From the human T2T-CHM13v2.0 reference genome, Homo sapiens: a DNA stretch of 64,000 nucleotides. This document shows positions 40,151 through 56,610 of this stretch, piece after piece; the first letter of the stretch is position 1; each line of letters opens with the position of its first letter. The stretch lies in NCBI RefSeq assembly GCF_009914755.1, contig NC_060934.1. One strand, given 5' to 3'. The position numbers and the translations under genes are program-made. The notes beneath the pieces are model-generated. The model saw only the letters and a list, made by a program, of their open reading frames with translations. It was not told the origin of the DNA and did not search any database.

Positions 40151-41015
40151 TTTATCTGAACGTCACACAAAAGGGTTTCTATGTCCAGGAAAGACTCTAA
40201 ACACTCTGGACCCTGCTGGGGCAGATGGTGACCGTGACCCAGTGATACCACTCTCCAGTGGGCAGCCTGGTCTGCAGAGGGGGAGATCCCTGGGGCAGCC
40301 CTACCTCAGCATGGGTGAGTTTCTGTTGCAATTCTATGTCCAGTGTAAATAAACTGTGGAAAACTGGGAGATGGTACAAGAAAGCAAGGATGCCAACTAA
40401 ATGAATAGAAAGATCTACAAGGGAAGGCTGAGATCAGCTGAAATAGGATTGGGAAAGTAAAGGCCTGGCTGGAACTTCGTAATGGCTTTTGAGGCTCGGG
40501 AACAGGGACAGTAGCTGCCCTGTCCATCCCAGGAGAGAACAGACGGACATGGCTGGAAAGCACTTCCCTGACTAAAAGTGTCTTTAAAAAGGGAGATCTC
40601 AGAATCTCCTTCCCTGGAATGCTTTAACCCTTCATGGAACACAGCAGAAATTCCACAGCCCTGCATCCCAGGAAGCAGGGACAGGACAGCAGCTTCCAGC
40701 ACACAGAAGCATTTAGAGGCATAAGTAGCTACGCAAAGACAGCAGGAGCCGTGCCTCGAAAAGGCTGAGATGTCTGAGAAATAAAGTTGTACGCGGATTT
40801 ACGCCTGGGCAGGTTGAAATGCGTGTGCCATGACAGATCCGGAAGCTTGTCTACTCGAAGGTCCACATCCAGGTATGTTTCACAGTCATCACAACTAGAT
40901 TTTCAGAAATTTAAAACTCCTAATGAAGAAACACAAACCTGCACGTCTCACGCCACCACTTAAGGCAGCGGCTCTCAAGCAGGGGCGATTCTACTGGGAG
41001 GAGGGATGCTGATGG

Positions 41016-41292
41016 CACCAGAGGGTGGGAAGCAGGGATCTGACGCTTAGCACCGCAGGTGCCAAGGACGGCCTCCTCCCCACAAGGGCTCCGGGAGGCC
41101 ACACCAGAGGGTGGGAGGCAGGGGTGACGCTCAGCACTGCAGGCACCGAGGACAGCCTCCTCCCAGGAGGAAAAAACAAAGACGGGAAAAAACAAAGGCT
41201 CCCCACAAGGGCTCCAGGGGGCCACACCAGAGGGTGGGAGGCAGGGGTGACACTCAGCACCGCAGGCACCGAGGACAGCCTCCCACAAAGGC
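41016..41292. repeat. ~85-bp imperfect repeat x3
   Basis: caccagagggtggga..gcagggg..tgac.ct.agcac.gcagg occurs three times. Confidence 0.8.
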
Positions 41293-44211
41293 TCCTCTGG
41301 GCCAGAGCATCCGTAGTGCCAAGGGGAAAAGCCCGGACACAAAGGATCCAGTGTTTTCAACGTTGCTCAGGGTATCTCCACACAGAAACTCCCATCTGCC
41401 TTTTGTGCAAACTCTGGGGTCTTGCAATCGATAAACGTTCACAAGACACAACACGTGAACCTAACAATTCTCTTTTGCTCCAGGAGAGAGAAAAGAAGGA
41501 ATGGTTTGGGGAGATTCACCGAAATTCTGTGAGTTCTTGACTAAAAATCACCAAGTCCGCTGTGTTCTGTTATCAGCAGTCCTGGGTAGGCCCAGACCCA
41601 CCTCACCCCCAGCGGGACCCAGGAAAGGCTTTAAACCTCAAACGTCCCTTTTCGTAACACTGGCTGTTTCATGTGGTTAATAAATCATCCAATAAAATGA
41701 CACACATAAGCCCAGTTATACACTCGACACATTAACACTATTGATCATTGTTATATGTCCGGGTTAATCAACATTACAATGCTACAGAGAAATCATTGGT
41801 ACTAAGAGTTGTAAGGATGATTTTTTAAAATTTATGTATCTCAATTTTTTATACTGTTACTTTTTACATTTTAAAAAATGTATATTCTGAAATATTTTTG
41901 ATATTTTAAAATGTTAATGTATCAAGCATTTTAAAATGAACCAAATATATATCTACAAATATATAGGGAATTTTTAAATAAATATCAGGGTAGAAGGAAT
42001 TAAAACTCCTAACTTAATACTAAATAGACGGGAAAAAACAAAGTAGAGAGTTCTCACAGACTCCTGAAGGAATATATAGTAATAAAGCTCAAAAAGTACA
42101 TTAAAACCTTTATAACGATGTTTTAATTACCAACTAACAAGAAAATATCTACTGAATCGCGACTAGCAGATACCCAGGTCTGTTCAGCACCTGTACTCTC
42201 CCCTAGGTCTGCTGAGGAACAGATCAATTCTGTTGGAGTTGACCTTGAAATTTAAAAAAACAAAACAAAACAAAACAAAAACAGCTTTAAAGATTTAAAT
42301 TTCCTGAATAAAACAGAAAATAAAAATAACACTTCTGCACCTGTGAGTTCTCTTGACCCTAATTTATTTTTTGCTTTGGATGGTTCATAAAATATACATA
42401 TATACCTTAACCGTGCTTTATATTATATACTAGTGATTGTTAATTCATTATTAACCTCACTCTACAGCTAAATTCTAACACTAATCATGGTGGCATCATT
42501 AGGACATTGTTCTAGGTGGTGCTTTTTTAACTGAAAAGAAAAACGGGGGATAGGTAATAAATAATTATGTAATCTAAAGAAAAAGTTTTAATTGTGTGAG
42601 TCCAGTAACGCGATCATCTAGCATGGAAAATATTTTCAGTAGTTCCAGGAAACTTCACATAAGAAACACTAAATAAACTCTAAGTTCAGTATATGAGTTA
42701 GAGACATTTCCAAAAGGAAAGCACACACAGTTGGTTGGGAGCGCCTGGATTTTCTCTAGCAAAAGACTCGTGGAATCCATGCTTTCGCCGCCACGTGACG
42801 AGGCACACGCGGACTGGGACATCGTCCTCCACCCTCCAGAACCAAACGCTACGCGAAACCACAGCGCCAGATTCCCACACTGGAAAATCCCTGAGCAAAG
42901 ACTCACGTGACTCCTCCTCAGCCGCTTTCCCAAAACAAAACACATCAATCAAACGAACCCGATGAAATATACGAGATCGAAAGGAAAACAAGAGCCAGGC
43001 TTATCTCTTACAGGAACACTCCATAAATCTTACACTGAATTCACTCATCCTTCCACACAATCTGCTGATAAGAGGTAAATAATCAAGTGGAAATCACTCA
43101 AAGAAGCGCTTTCCTCCCCCAACAGACGCCGAAGTCTTTGCCGTGGCGCTTATGGGGTGCTCTAACTTCTCAGCGCTGGCCGTCACCAACGCAGGCCGGC
43201 AGCACCCTGGAAAGGCCCAGGTCCCGCAGCTCTCCCTCCACGCGTGGCTACGGTGGAGGAACGAAGAGCAGCTGTGAGTTCGTGGGAAAGAAGGGCTATC
43301 TGGAATAATACGAGTCCGGGTGACATATGTAATTGTGAGTTTTTGTTTTCTCCGAACTGGCCTTATTATTATTAATTATTCCTTCAGCACCTACCGGGAA
43401 AGCGAGAAGAAAGCAAAGGGCATCACTCCCTACCCACGAAAGACTCACAACATCCCTGGAAAAGCAACGAGGCGAACGGCTGGTCTGCGTTCAGAGCTGG
43501 TGAGGAGCAGGGAGAAGAATCCAGAGCGTCCCCGCCTCCCTCCCTCACCGCCCTCCCGCACTGATGTGAACACGGGAGTAACACCGCGCGTGGGGAATCC
43601 ACTGGCACCCAGAGCCCGGCCCGCGGCAGCAGAATCACCCAAGACTGAGATCCTGTGGCCTGAGTCGGGGCCGGGGAAACCAAGCCTGCAGGACTCCGGG
43701 AGCAGCCGGTTTCTGCACACAGGTAACATAGAACTGGGGGTAAGCAAAGCCACGAGGTCGGCCCGTGGCCTGTCTGCCCGTGGCCTGTCTGCGCACAGCT
43801 ATTAAAAGTTCAATAACCGTGGTGGCAGCAGCTGAACTGGCTACCACAGGACGCAGCTGGGGTCTGGACGTGGGCCTGGGGGCTGGTGGAAGGCACGTGT
43901 GTTGAGGCGTGTACTCAGGGCCTGCCTACTTCCCCAGGCCTACGGGGACAGATGTAGCTCCCCAGGAAATACCACAGGCAGACCCCGGCCGGCAAGCTGC
44001 CCCAAGAAGCAGTGCGCCTCCCAAAATCAGAAGCAGCTAAGCTGACCCCCACCTCATGTGAAAGAGCCAGGCACCAGGGAGAGGGCACCCACCCAGTCTC
44101 CTAATCATAACAGACATTCACAGCAACACCACGAAAAAGAAACTACTGCTCTGACCTGGAAAAATGAAATTTAAAACAGAAAACACACAGGTTGTAACTA
44201 AAAGGCAGACG

Positions 44212-44389
44212 GACCAGGTGCGGTGGTTCATGCCTGTAATCCCAACACCTTGGAAGGCCGAGGCAGGCGGATGACATGAGGTCAGGAGTTCAAGACCAGC
44301 CTGGCCAGCATGGTGAAACCCCATCCCTACTAATAATACAAAAACTAGCCAGACGTGGTGGCAGGCACCTGTAATCCCAGCTACTCAGG
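44212..44389 (+). mobile_element. 3'-truncated AluS
   Basis: Left monomer plus the start of the right monomer, ending at cccagctactcagga. Confidence 0.88.
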
Positions 44390-44599
44390 ACTGGGAGGAG
44401 GCGCAGGATGACGACGAGAGAGAGACGAGAGAGGCAGATGGCCCACGGCAGGCTGAGCACAGGACCTGGCTGAGGCCTCCTGGGGAGGGGCAGAGGCAAA
44501 CATGCTGCTGCTTCTAGGCTACTCGGGAGGACGCACGCTCAGAAGGGGCTGCACGGCAGGACTTGCTGAGGAGCAGTCACGTGGATGCCCCCGCCTCTC

Positions 44600-45830
44600 A
44601 CAACGCACACACTGACAACATGCAACTCACATACAACACAACATGCATGTACAATGTACTCATACAACATATACAACACTGACAACACACAACACACACA
44701 ACACATGCAACCTATACAACACATACCCAATATATGCTACTCACAACACAATATGCATTTATAACACACTCATACAACACATACCCAATGCATGCAACTC
44801 ACAACACAACACGTACGTACAACACATACACACATACAGCACACGTAACACATACAACACAACACACATGTACAATGCACTCATACAGCACACACAACTC
44901 ATAACATGCACATACAACACACAACACTCATACAAAACAACATACACAACTCACAACATGCACATACAATGCACTCATACAACACAACACATACAACATA
45001 CATGCAACTCACAACATACACATACAACACACTCATACAGCACATGTACAACACATGCAACTCACATTCAACACGACATACACGTACCACACACAACACA
45101 CGCAACTCACAACACAACATGCATGTACAACACTCATACAACACAACACTCATACAACATACAGACAACACATGCAACTCACAACACAACATACACATAC
45201 AACACACTCATACAACACATACAACACATGCAACTCACGCACAACACAACATGCACAACACAACATACAACATATACAACACAACACTCATACAACATAT
45301 ATGTGTATTGCATACACATAATACATGCAACTCACAACACAACATACACATACAACACACTCATACAACACATGCAACTCACAACACAATATGCACGTAC
45401 AACACACTCATACAACATACAACATATAACACATACAACATACAACACATGCAACTCAACACAAATACATGTACAAGGCACTCACACAACACACAACACT
45501 GATACAACATACAACACATGGAACTCACAAACACGTACAGCACACTCATACAACATACAACCCATACAACATACAATACATGCAACTCATACAACATACA
45601 CATACAACACTCATACAACACACATTCATACAACACAACACTCATACAACATACAAAACATACAACTCACAAATACATGTACAACACACTCATACAACAC
45701 ATAACACTCAAACATACAATGAATGCAACTCAACACAACATGCACATACAACACACATACAACCCATGCCACTCACATACAACACAACACGCTCATACAA
45801 CACATTCATACAACACATACTGTACAGATT
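44600..45830. repeat. C/A-rich low-complexity tract (catacaacacac...)
   Basis: Seen directly; + strand is nearly devoid of G. Confidence 0.92.
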
Positions 45831-47212
45831 CTAAGTATGAAATAGAAAACAGCACATGCACAGTTTCTAAAGTATGACAAAAGCTTTTTTCAAGAAGGTC
45901 ATCCAACATCCAAACTGGTAACATGTCCTCATTTTCAGCTGCTGTTCAGATTCAAGCATCTTTATCATCTGCTCCATGAATTACAATAATATAGCATAAA
46001 CCCTTTTTTCATTTTACACCCACTTTGGTGTGGGGTGCTCCAAAACAGGGGCCAGGAGCCTCAGTCATCCCTCGGAACAAAACACAACTCACACTCAGAG
46101 GCCAGGAAGGGAACTCGGGGGGCGACACACACTCTCTCATCTGCAGAGCTCTGCTTCAATTACTTTACATGTAACCGCGGCTGGAACGGGGTTGGTGACG
46201 GTACAGACACGGCAAACTGAGGAGAAATTGGCAGGTGGAGAAAGATCAGCCAGAATCCAAGGAAAAATGCTGAGCATTTTCCACAAATAGTTCACACAAC
46301 GGACAATAGTTGGGCTACTGAAAGTTTATTGAGAGGGGTCTTGCTCCAAAGAAAAAGTTCTTTCCCAAGGTTATCAAAGACTCACAGCAGACCCCGGCCC
46401 CCAACACACCATCTGCAGAGGGCCTGTTAGTCAAAAAGAAGACAAGACAGAAGCAAGGGGGTGCGGGGGGAGGAGAGCAAGAGGGGACCGAGAACTCGGA
46501 ACCAAGTGATGGGCAGACACTGAATGCCTGACTCCAGGGTTATCGCCTCAGAAAACAAGTCCGTTTAAGCCCGTGGTAACAGTGTTAGCGCTTTCACTGA
46601 ACCTGCACTCAACACTGGAGAACCTCCCTGCATTATGAAGATGAGCCGAAAAATAACATTAATTCACAATGTAGAGTGATGATTCAGCCACAGAAAATAA
46701 AACTGATATAATCCACTACAAGTCACACTGTGTCTTTCTTTAAGACTGGTTTATGATGCAGGTAAGAGGCAGCTTGACATCTAAAATACTTAAACTGGCA
46801 AACACCTTGTTTCCCTGAATTCTCACAACTGTGGCACCAGCTAGGGTAAGACCGAGTGGTTTTCAGAGCTTCCAGAACAGCAGAACAGATCAATCATAAA
46901 TATGCAAAAGTGATCTGAAGACAGAATATTCCACGTTTCAGCTTAAACTAGTCATGTGATTTCCAATAAGTGGGAAACATTCATACCAATGTTTATAAGA
47001 AAGTTCAATGTAAACACACAGTACAGAACACTATCTTTGTTTTGGAATTTATTCATTTAATATGACAATTTCCATTGTTTTTAGGGATTCCTGATATCGA
47101 ATGTTCATCTTTATTAATGATGAGCTACCCATTTTCTGACTGAGGAAACGGAAAGTTGTCACTGCCTAACAGCAATACTCAAAACAGCCTGTATGAAAGG
47201 AAAAGGCATATC

Positions 47213-47539
47213 TGTGCACACACACATGCATACACACACATCCACACGTGTACATATGCTCATACATGTACACGCATACACGTGTACACATATGCACGTG
47301 CGCACATGCATGAACATGTACACGTGTGTACATGTGTGCACATGTATGCACACATACGCACACGCATGCATGCACACGTATATGCACACACGTACATGCA
47401 CATACACACATGCATATACACACGTACACATGCACACACATACGCACATACATGCATATACACATGCACATGCGCACGCGTACATGCACATACATACACA
47501 TACACACATGCACACACATGCATGTGTACACGCATACGT
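47213..47539. repeat. Alternating purine-pyrimidine tract (CA/TG/CG/TA)
   Basis: Seen directly. Confidence 0.9.
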
Positions 47540-48391
47540 AAGTATCATCTCAGGTACGTGGATTCAAAATTCTGATGCAAACAAGAATAATCACAAAACA
47601 GGGTAGGGTGTCAACAAGTGAGAATTGAGATGGATGTTCTGGAATGTTCCAGAGACAACATAGGGGGACGGCTGCACATCACATTAACATCTTATCCATT
47701 TTAAACGTGACCATTCCTGCCAACATCGGCCTGGATTAAGATGATTTCATTTACATAAGGAACAGAAAATATAATACTTGTTCTAATGAGATTCTCTAAT
47801 CATTAGATTATTTTCACAATTTTAAGTAATCACTAAATAACTTCCTTTCAAGGGTCTAAAAATATAAGATAACAAAAGAAAGTCACAGTCCTGACAGCTT
47901 TACCATGCAAATCACAGCTGTGAAAATGAAGCATGTTTTTGAGACTATGTCTTCCTCAAATATTCTTCATGGAATTTTGTACCAGTAATGGCTGGTAATT
48001 AATTGTTATACCAGGTGGAAAAGTATATCATTCAGGGTATATGAAGTAAACATGTAGAGAGAAATGACCACACACACCTGAAACCAGGTCTCATTTCAAA
48101 ACCGTTTCCTACCTTGGATTTGCTTAATTTACTTCATGAGGTGCCTCCAGGAGAGGAAGCAGAGCTGGGATCTGCCCCGAGGCCGCTTCAGGAAGAGCTG
48201 GGTGGGCACCAAGCCCCTCAGACCGAGGGCTCCGCTACGTGGCTATGACCCCATCCCTGCGGCTCCCCGAGCGTGTGTCCCTGTGTGTCACGCAAACCCC
48301 TGCCACACAGGGGACACATGCCACACGCCTGACACAGGCTCAGCACACAGCGATCAGTAAGTGGTGACTAGAGAGAAGCGACGGCCTCCAG

Positions 48392-49500
48392 CGTGGACGG
48401 AGAAAACAGGCCACAGGCTCACAGACAGAGGAAACACCACAGATCCACAGACGGAGGAAATGCCACAGACGCACGGACGGAGGAAACGCCACAGACGCAC
48501 GGACGGAGGAAACAGGCCACAGACGCACGGACGGAGGAAACGTCACAGACGCACGGACGGAGGAAACGTCACAGACGCACGGACGGAGGAAACAGACCAC
48601 AGACGCACGGACGGAGGAAACGCCACAGACGCACGGACGGAGGAAACAGGCCACAGACGCACGGACGGAGGAAACAGGCCACAGACGCACGGACGGAGGA
48701 AACGTCACAGACGCACGGACGGAGGAAACGTCACAGACGCACCGACGGAGGAAACGCCACAGACGCACGGACGGAGGAAACGTCACAGACGCACGGACGG
48801 AGGAAACGTCACAGACGCACCGACGGAGGAAACGCCACAGACGCACGGACGGAGGAAACGCCACAGACGCACGGACGGAGGAAACGTCACAGACGCACGG
48901 ACGGAGGAAACGCCACAGACGCACGGACGGAGGAAACAGGCCACAGACGCACGGACGGACGAAACGCCACAGACGCACGGAAGGAGGAAACAGGCCACAG
49001 ACACACGGAAGGAGGAAACAGGCCATAGACACACGGACGGAGGAAAAGCCACAGACGCACGGAAGGAGGAAACAGGCCACAGACACACGGAAGGAGGAAA
49101 CAGGCCACAGACACACGGAAGGAGGAAACAGGCCATAGACGCACGGACGGAGGAAAAGCCACAGACGCACGGAAGGAGGAAACAGGCCACAGACACACAG
49201 ACGGAGGAAACGCCACAGACGCACGGACGGAGTAAACAGGCCACAGACGCACGGAGGGAGGAAACGTCATAGACACATGGACGGAGGAAACAGGCCACAG
49301 ACGCATGGACGGAGGAAACACCACAGACACACGGACGAAAGAAACACCACCGACGCAGGGACGGAAGAAACACCACAGATGCACGGATGGAGGAAACGCG
49401 CCACAGAGGCACGCACGGAGAAAACAGGCCACACACGCACGCATGGAGAAAACGCCACAGACCCACGGACGAAGGAAACAGGCCAGAGACGCGCACACGC
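48392..49500. repeat. 26-28-bp CpG-rich VNTR, ~40 copies (ggacggaggaaacgccacagacgcac)
   Basis: Seen directly. Confidence 0.96.
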
Positions 49501-51279
49501 CAGTGTGGAACATCGGACAGGAACGTCCCGGCCATGCACTGTCCACTCCCACTAGGGACTCCCCGCCCCAGAGCACCCAGGATGGCTGTGGAGCTCCTGC
49601 CGCCCACCCCAGAGGCGAGGCTGGGGAGCCAGAGATGAGCAGGTTCACATCCATCAAATGCGGCTGCAATCCCTGTAATAACTGGAGGTCACCATTAAAC
49701 AGAAGGGCACTTCACTTCGAATGAAAGCACTCTGCATAAAAGAACTAAAGATTGGCTGGCGACCGCTTAGAAACCATCACAATCATTCTTGTGAGTGATG
49801 GCGAAGCTTCAAGAGTGGTCACTTTTCCTGTAGAAATGCCACAGAGGTGATTCCTGGAACTCATTTAGAATATTTCTTTTCCAGAAACCACACAACCAAG
49901 AATTTAATAGTGCCGTCTCTTGACCAGAAACATAAAGATTTCTGATGAAACTAAACCCTGCCCAGCCTCCTGATTCTAGAAGGTGCTATACAGAAAAGCT
50001 AACTCGGAGGGGTTGCATTTCTTTTGTCATCCATGACACACATAAAAAAAAATTACATGTACAAAAAATGTAGGAATTGTACAGTGAATACCCATGTATC
50101 AACCCCCTGGATCACAGATTAGATTTTAAATGTAAAGTTCTAAAGGTTCCCAGCTAAGGAAATGTGCAGTGTAAGCCTGTACCTGGTTAGAACCAAGGGG
50201 GATGGAATGAGCTTTCCCCGGCCTTGCTGCTCAGCTGGGAGGGGCTGCCACAGCTCAGCCACCCCACCCCAGAGCACCCAGGATGGCTGTGGAGCTCCTG
50301 CCGCCCACCCCAGAGGTGAGGCTGGATCCCCAATCTTGGTGTTAAGAGTGAGCCAGCCTTTAGAGGCCACGTGGTCTATACTTGAATAGAAAATGTTCCA
50401 GGAAACCAAAGATTCCAATGCCTGCGATGAATTCCTAACCATTTGAAACCCAGTCTCCTCATCTGTACAAAGAGAGCAATGCTGTCTCCTGGGAAAGCAT
50501 TTCAGAAGGACGAAAAAGGATCCACATGAGAGCAGCTGAAAACTAAAAGGCACCCTACAATTATAAGATTTTTTCTATATCTTTGTTTCAAGGAATGTCA
50601 GCATTCTAAATATTGCTCTTCATCCCACATCACCTTTCAGGAGCAAATCATAACAATCAAAACTATCAGCAGAATCCCCACCCGCTCAGTCACCGTGTGC
50701 TTCTTCTCCCTGCATGAGAATTCCTGCAGAAGACGGGGCCATCCAAGAATGGCTCCCTGCCTTCATGTGCCCATACTCCTTCCCCAGGGAGCTATTCCTG
50801 TACTCATGGGGCATGGGAAACCTGTATAACGCCACCAGAACGTCCTTGTTTGACTTACACACTTCCCAGAAGGGCTGATTTTATCCAGAATCCTAACTGT
50901 GTCAAACACTAAACCTAACCAGTCATCAAGAAAACAAGGAAATGCAAGGCCGTCTCCTGCCCCAGGTGCGTGGCTACTAGGGGCGAAACAGAAAATGAGG
51001 CAGGAAAGGAAACTTTTAAGATATTGAGACCATCACTGGAGGATTCCAGGAACCCATTACAGATCATTGCTGTTCCTAATAACAGGAAATGAATTCTAAA
51101 ATCCCAACAGGGACGGTGAGTCCCTCACTTGTATGGAAATCAAAATAATAATCCATCACTATCTTCAAAGAGACAAAAGAAAAACTCTACTTCCTTTTCA
51201 TATTAATTTGTGTACAAGTAACTAAGTGAGAAAATCTTAATGTCTGGACTGTGATATCAGTAGCAAAATAACCCCAAGC

Positions 51280-54245
<2,966 letters not shown>

Positions 54246-55624
54246 AACCCAAGTGCTATTTCTCATTTGTCCTATGTCAATGTTGTGGTCCATTGGTGGA
54301 GACCTAACCACTTGCAAGGAAGACTGTAGTCACTTGAGCTGAAAGCAAATGAATCACCACAAAAACTACCACTGGCACCAAGTCTTGTTTCCAGAATTTC
54401 CTGCCCACAGCACTGCCACAGTCACTGTGGGCAGGAAAGACACACTAGCCACCAAGTTTCAACCCCAGCACAATTGAAGCCTTTATTTCTCTGGTTTGGA
54501 ATAGGTGTGTGTTCATAACTTACATTTACTCCAACTGCCCCCTTGCTTAAATAGCTCCTTAAGGATGACTTCCTGTTACTAAATCCCAACAGCTTCTGAG
54601 TATCCATTATATTCTCCAAAGTAAATAAAAAGAGAAAATGTGTTGAAAGCCTGATAATGTTCACTTAAGAATCCAGCATGATGTACTGCTTGAAACGGAC
54701 ACTCCACCTTGTTCCTTTATGTTACTTTTAAAGTAGTCCCAGTTATTATACATAGTTGAAGCCATAATTTCTGCAATACCATTAGGTCCACAAAGGGTGG
54801 GGCCAGGGAACTTCAAAGTCTGTCTCTGATTTTTTTATTTAAAAAGGAAAGCTTATGAGAGTAGGTAATGAAAATAAATATTCACACAACTCGGAACAGG
54901 GGATGGTGAAACATAAAGCCCCAGCCTGGCCAGGTGTCCAGCCAGTGAGGGTGGAGACCCAGACTCATACAGTCCCCACAATCCCCCAGAAGTGCCACAG
55001 ACAGGTGGGTGGCCTGAGACAGAGCCAGGCTCCGAATTCCAGGAGCTGTCTGGCTCATGTGCACCCGGCGTGGTCCAGTGCATGAGGATGCCCCACGTCA
55101 CCAGTCCCAGTGCAGAGCACAAGAATGCCCATGTCATGAGCCCCCGCTGCAGAGCATAGCCCGAAGGTGCCAGCCCAGCCTCCTGCACACACTGGCCACC
55201 AAGGCACTGCCCTCCAGGAAGGAGGACCTCAGAGGTCGTGGCAGGGTGAGGTCCTGCTCTTCATCATCCCCGAGCAGTGGGGAAAGTCCCAGCAGACATT
55301 TGGGGAGTCCCTACAGGTGGCTCTGGAACTCTGAGTGGAAGTTTAAAGATGTCCCCAGATACACCAGACTCAAACCTAAAACAGGCCATTCTTCCAGATA
55401 TGCCCAGACTGGAACCTATATAGGCCATCCTTCCCAGCTTTCCTCTGGAAAAGCAGGCTTAAAAGAGTATCGACTAAAAGGGGCCACCAGGAAGAGAGAA
55501 GTCCTATCTTTAAAAAAAGAAAGAATTTTTTAAAAAAGAGGCACTGAGGCTCTGACCCATCTGAGCACAGAGTACGTGTTCGGCAGCATCTGTCAGAGCA
55601 GAGGAAGCACACACGCACTCTCCA

Positions 55625-56610
55625 TACCCTGTGCTCCCAGCACCCGTCCTCCCCGCACCCAAGCTCCCCACACCCGTGCTCCCCGCGCCCATCTCTGCTC
55701 CCCATGCCCATGCTCCCCACGCCCGTCCTCCCTGCAGCCATGCTCCCCACACCCGTGCTCCCCGCGCCCATCTCTGCTCCCCATGCCCATGCTCCCCACG
55801 CCCGTCCTCCCTGCAGCCATGCTCCCCACACTCGTGATCCCCGTGCCCATCTCTGCTCCCCATGTCCATGCTCCCCGCACCTGTCCTCCCTGCGCCCATG
55901 CTCCCCACGCCCATGCTCCCCGCGCCCATGCTCCCCACACCCGTGCTCCCCGCACCCATCTCTGCTCCCCACACCCGTGCTCCCCGCACCCATCTCTGCT
56001 CCCCACGCCCATGCTCCCCACACCCCTGCTCCCCGCACCCATGCTCCCCGCGCCCATCTCTGCTCCCCACGCCCATGCTCCCCACACCCATCCTCTTCGC
56101 GCCCATGCTCCCCGCATCCGTCCTCCCCGCGCCCATGCTCCCCACACCCAGGCTCCCCGCGCCCATCTCTACTTCCCACACCCAGGCTCCCTGCACCCGT
56201 CCTCCCCACACCCATGCTCCCCACACCCCTGCTCCCCGCACCCATGCTCCCCGCGCCCATCTCTACTCCCCACACCCCTGCTCCCCGCACCCATGCTCCC
56301 CGCGCCCATCTCTGCTCCCCACACCCGTGCTCCCCACACCCGTGCTCCCTGTGCCCATCTCTGCTCCCCACGCCCATCCTCCCCGCACCCATCCTCCCCC
56401 CACCCATGCTCCCCACACCTGTGCTCCCTGCACCCATCTGTGCTCCCTATGCCCATGCTCCCCACACCCGTGCTCCCCGCACTCGTCCTCCCCATACCCA
56501 TGCTCCCCACACATATCTGTGCTCCCCATGCCCATGCTCCCTGCATCCGTCCTCCCCACGCCCATCTGTGCTCCCCATGCCCATGATCCCCGCACCCGTG
56601 CTCCCCGCAC
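55625..56610. repeat. C-rich minisatellite with 15-19-bp modules (cccatgctccccgca / cccatctctgctcccca)
   Basis: Seen directly; G-runs on the - strand. Confidence 0.93.

Noticed and set aside
44643-47606. His/Thr-rich and Cys/Val-rich ORFs
   Set aside because: Translations of CA/TG low-complexity DNA.
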